Below are positions 60,658 to 62,649 of a stretch of DNA of 62,649 nucleotides, piece by piece. Under the pieces are notes generated by a model. That model did not search any database, had not been told where the DNA came from, and saw nothing but the letters and a program-made list of their open reading frames with translations. The stretch's first letter is position 1; every line of letters starts with the position of its first letter. Made by a program: the position numbers and the translations under genes. Source of the DNA: a virus (taxonomy: Duplodnaviria; Caudoviricetes); the IMG/VR virus record IMGVR_UViG_3300017708_000776, positions 1 to 62,649 of that record; one strand, 5' to 3'.

Positions 60658-62649
60658 TTAGTTCTCTATTAGTATCCAACCATTTGTGGCGTTATAGTAC
60701 ACAAGACCTATACCTGCACGATCAATGTCTATTACCAGATCGGTTTCACTACCTTGTATCTTATGTCCGTTTCTATTTATTGTTATGTTGTTAGTCGATG
60801 CATTACCAGTTCCATCTAAAATTCTTACCTCATCACCAAAATTTGCATTTAAAGGTAATGTTAGAGTTTGGGAAACACTAGAAGTATCAACAATGTTTCT
60901 AGAACCAGATGTTATTGGTGTAGCTGTAGTTCTTTCTACCCAAGTTCTAGGATTTGTTGCAAGTCTTGTTGTTATAATACCTTGTGCTTCTGCGGCATCA
61001 ATACCAATATTGTTACCAGTCAACTTGGTAATTGTCAAGTTGTCTCCTACATCGGCAGCATCATTCAAGGTTAATACAGAACCTGAACTATCTTTGAAAT
61101 CCTCAGTTCTTAGTAATAAACCATTTAAATATACATTGACTAATCCAGTAGAATATGATAATGTTTGACCATTTATATCCGTACCACTAAAGTGTGATTG
61201 ACCAGCAGTAGCAGTATATTCAAATGTATCGAATGTAAGAGGTGTCGCAACAGAACTTAGATCTGCAGGCATGAATGTAGAAATTTTTACTTCATCCGAA
61301 GCAGACACTGGTGTATTAAAGGTTACTCTATTTCCATCTGTGGCAACATAATCCACAGAGTCTACAAGAGCGATACCATTTAAATATACAACCAACCCTG
61401 ATTGTTGATATAGAAGTGCTTCACCATACCTATCATCACCACTGAATATTGTTTGACCGTGGTCTGCAACGAAATCAAATGTCTTACCAGAGAACTCTTG
61501 TGCATTGAATGTTTGTATTATAATTTCATCTGTAACAATTGCTGAGTCTGTTAAGATTATTTTATTTCCAAGTGTAGTAATATAATCTGTACGTTCATCT
61601 AACAACACATCATTTTTGAATACCTGAACACCACCACTAAAACCTAATCCATTACCAGTCAGAGTTTTTCCTGCGTGACCTGCAAAATGAAATTGTTTTG
61701 TGTTTAGACTTGATGCAACGTTTGCGGATGTAACCACAACACTCATAAAGTCTGCAGAGTCTGCGGCCTCTAATAAGGTTACGGTTGAATTTGTTTTTGT
61801 GTAGTCGTTTGTCTCCGATAGTAAGATACCGTTTAAGTAAACCTGTATAGCACCAGTAGTCAGATCTAATGTTCTACCGTTGTTATCTGTACCTGAGAAT
61901 ACTGTATCTCCAGAGTCTGCAGTAAATTCAAATGATGTTTCATTTAAAGTCTGTCTAGAATTGACACGACCAATTGTTTCTATTATAGTAACTGAATAAC
62001 CACTATCCAAAGCATCAGAAAATGTTATTCTGTCTGTGAGTAGAGCGTAATCTGTTGTTTCTTCTTGAAGGACACCGTTTAGATAAACTTCTGCATTTGA
62101 AGGATCTATTGAAAGTGTAGAACCAAACTTGTCATCACCTTGGAATAAAACTTGACCTGCAGTTGCGTCAAAGAAGAACTTATTAACTTCTAGTGTACCA
62201 CGAGCATTTACAGAAGTTCTTGCTTGTACATAGTCACTATCTATTATACTAACGATGTTTGCAGAATCTACTGTACCAGATCCACCACCGCTACCACCAC
62301 TTGGAGGTGTGTACTTGATGATTTGTACTACGTCATTTAATGTAGCTGCGGCAGTCAATGTGACTGTAGAAGAATCCGTCAATGTGAAATCGTCTGAGTC
62401 TACTAAGAGGATACCATTCAAATAGACGTTTATCTGTGTGTCTGAATCGTCATACGACAGTATATTACCATTCGCATCAGAGTCTGTAAATGCTAACTGA
62501 CCTGAGTCTGCAGTGTATACGAACTTAGTAAGAGTGATACCGTCTGCAGTAGAATGACTACCACCTCCTCCAGATCCACCTGTATTGGTTGATGGATTGA
62601 ATGTTAAGACACCAGTACTATTGTCATATGCAAGAGCACCACCACCAGA
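60658..62649 (-). CDS. Large repeat-containing tail fibre/baseplate-associated protein (start lies beyond the window)
   Basis: Frame is open from 62649; tandem A(T/D)xGQ..F.G.D...VYLNG.LL...DY domains; C-terminal TLTLP...NNITINRNG domain. Confidence 0.75.
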   Translation of the reverse strand, partial: SGGGALAYDNSTGVLTFNPSTNTGGSGGGGSHSTADGITLTKFVYTADSGQLAFTDSDANGNILSYDDSDTQINVYLNGILLVDSDDFTLTDSSTVTLTAAATLNDVVQIIKYTPPSGGSGGGSGTVDSANIVSIIDSDYVQARTSVNARGTLEVNKFFFDATAGQVLFQGDDKFGSTLSIDPSNAEVYLNGVLQEETTDYALLTDRITFSDALDSGYSVTIIETIGRVNSRQTLNETSFEFTADSGDTVFSGTDNNGRTLDLTTGAIQVYLNGILLSETNDYTKTNSTVTLLEAADSADFMSVVVTSANVASSLNTKQFHFAGHAGKTLTGNGLGFSGGVQVFKNDVLLDERTDYITTLGNKIILTDSAIVTDEIIIQTFNAQEFSGKTFDFVADHGQTIFSGDDRYGEALLYQQSGLVVYLNGIALVDSVDYVATDGNRVTFNTPVSASDEVKISTFMPADLSSVATPLTFDTFEYTATAGQSHFSGTDINGQTLSYSTGLVNVYLNGLLLRTEDFKDSSGSVLTLNDAADVGDNLTITKLTGNNIGIDAAEAQGIITTRLATNPRTWVERTTATPITSGSRNIVDTSSVSQTLTLPLNANFGDEVRILDGTGNASTNNITINRNGHKIQGSETDLVIDIDRAGIGLVYYNATNGWILIEN

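Noticed and set aside
24351-62649. DS enrichment as DNA-level selection for GANTC (CcrM) sites, since GAY-TCN contains GANTC
   Set aside because: Many DS sites use GAT/GAC-AGT, which lacks GANTC, and ES (GAR-TCN, also GANTC) does not look enriched, so a protein-level signal fits better; not formally counted
1-62649. Inteins, introns, homing endonucleases, tRNAs, CRISPR arrays, stop-codon recoding
   Set aside because: Core genes have normal lengths and are uninterrupted in the standard code; intergenic gaps are short; no repeat-spacer or cloverleaf pattern seen by eye

Overview
This is a 62.6-kb segment of a T4-like myovirus genome, probably marine and probably infecting an alphaproteobacterium (inferred from a DUF1127 gene, a ROSE-type RNA thermometer and a cytochrome aa3 subunit IV-like gene). 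Nearly all real genes are on the minus strand. Left to right it holds gp41/gp40/uvsX, then an accessory island between uvsX and gp43 (nucleotide-sugar enzymes, small membrane/secreted peptides, an AEP-like protein, DUF4338, MazG-like, cupin). Next come the DNA polymerase, a lysis and heat-shock block, regA-62-44-45-46-47-55-uvsW-uvsY, and a ~14-kb island of structural genes between uvsY and gp3. The head/tail/neck core (3-23-22-21-20-19-18-17-16-15-14-13) and a tandem array of modular fibre-like paralogues follow. The most striking unexplained signal is a strong enrichment of Asp-Ser (DS, usually followed by A/S/D/G/N) in predicted exterior virion proteins, a candidate sequon for virion modification such as O-glycosylation. 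Other highlights are a phage-borne ROSE thermometer with an RpoH-like promoter, six paralogues with a shared stem and swappable heads, and a perfect antisense sigma70 promoter firing into a G-run. All product calls come from motif recognition by eye; no searches were run.
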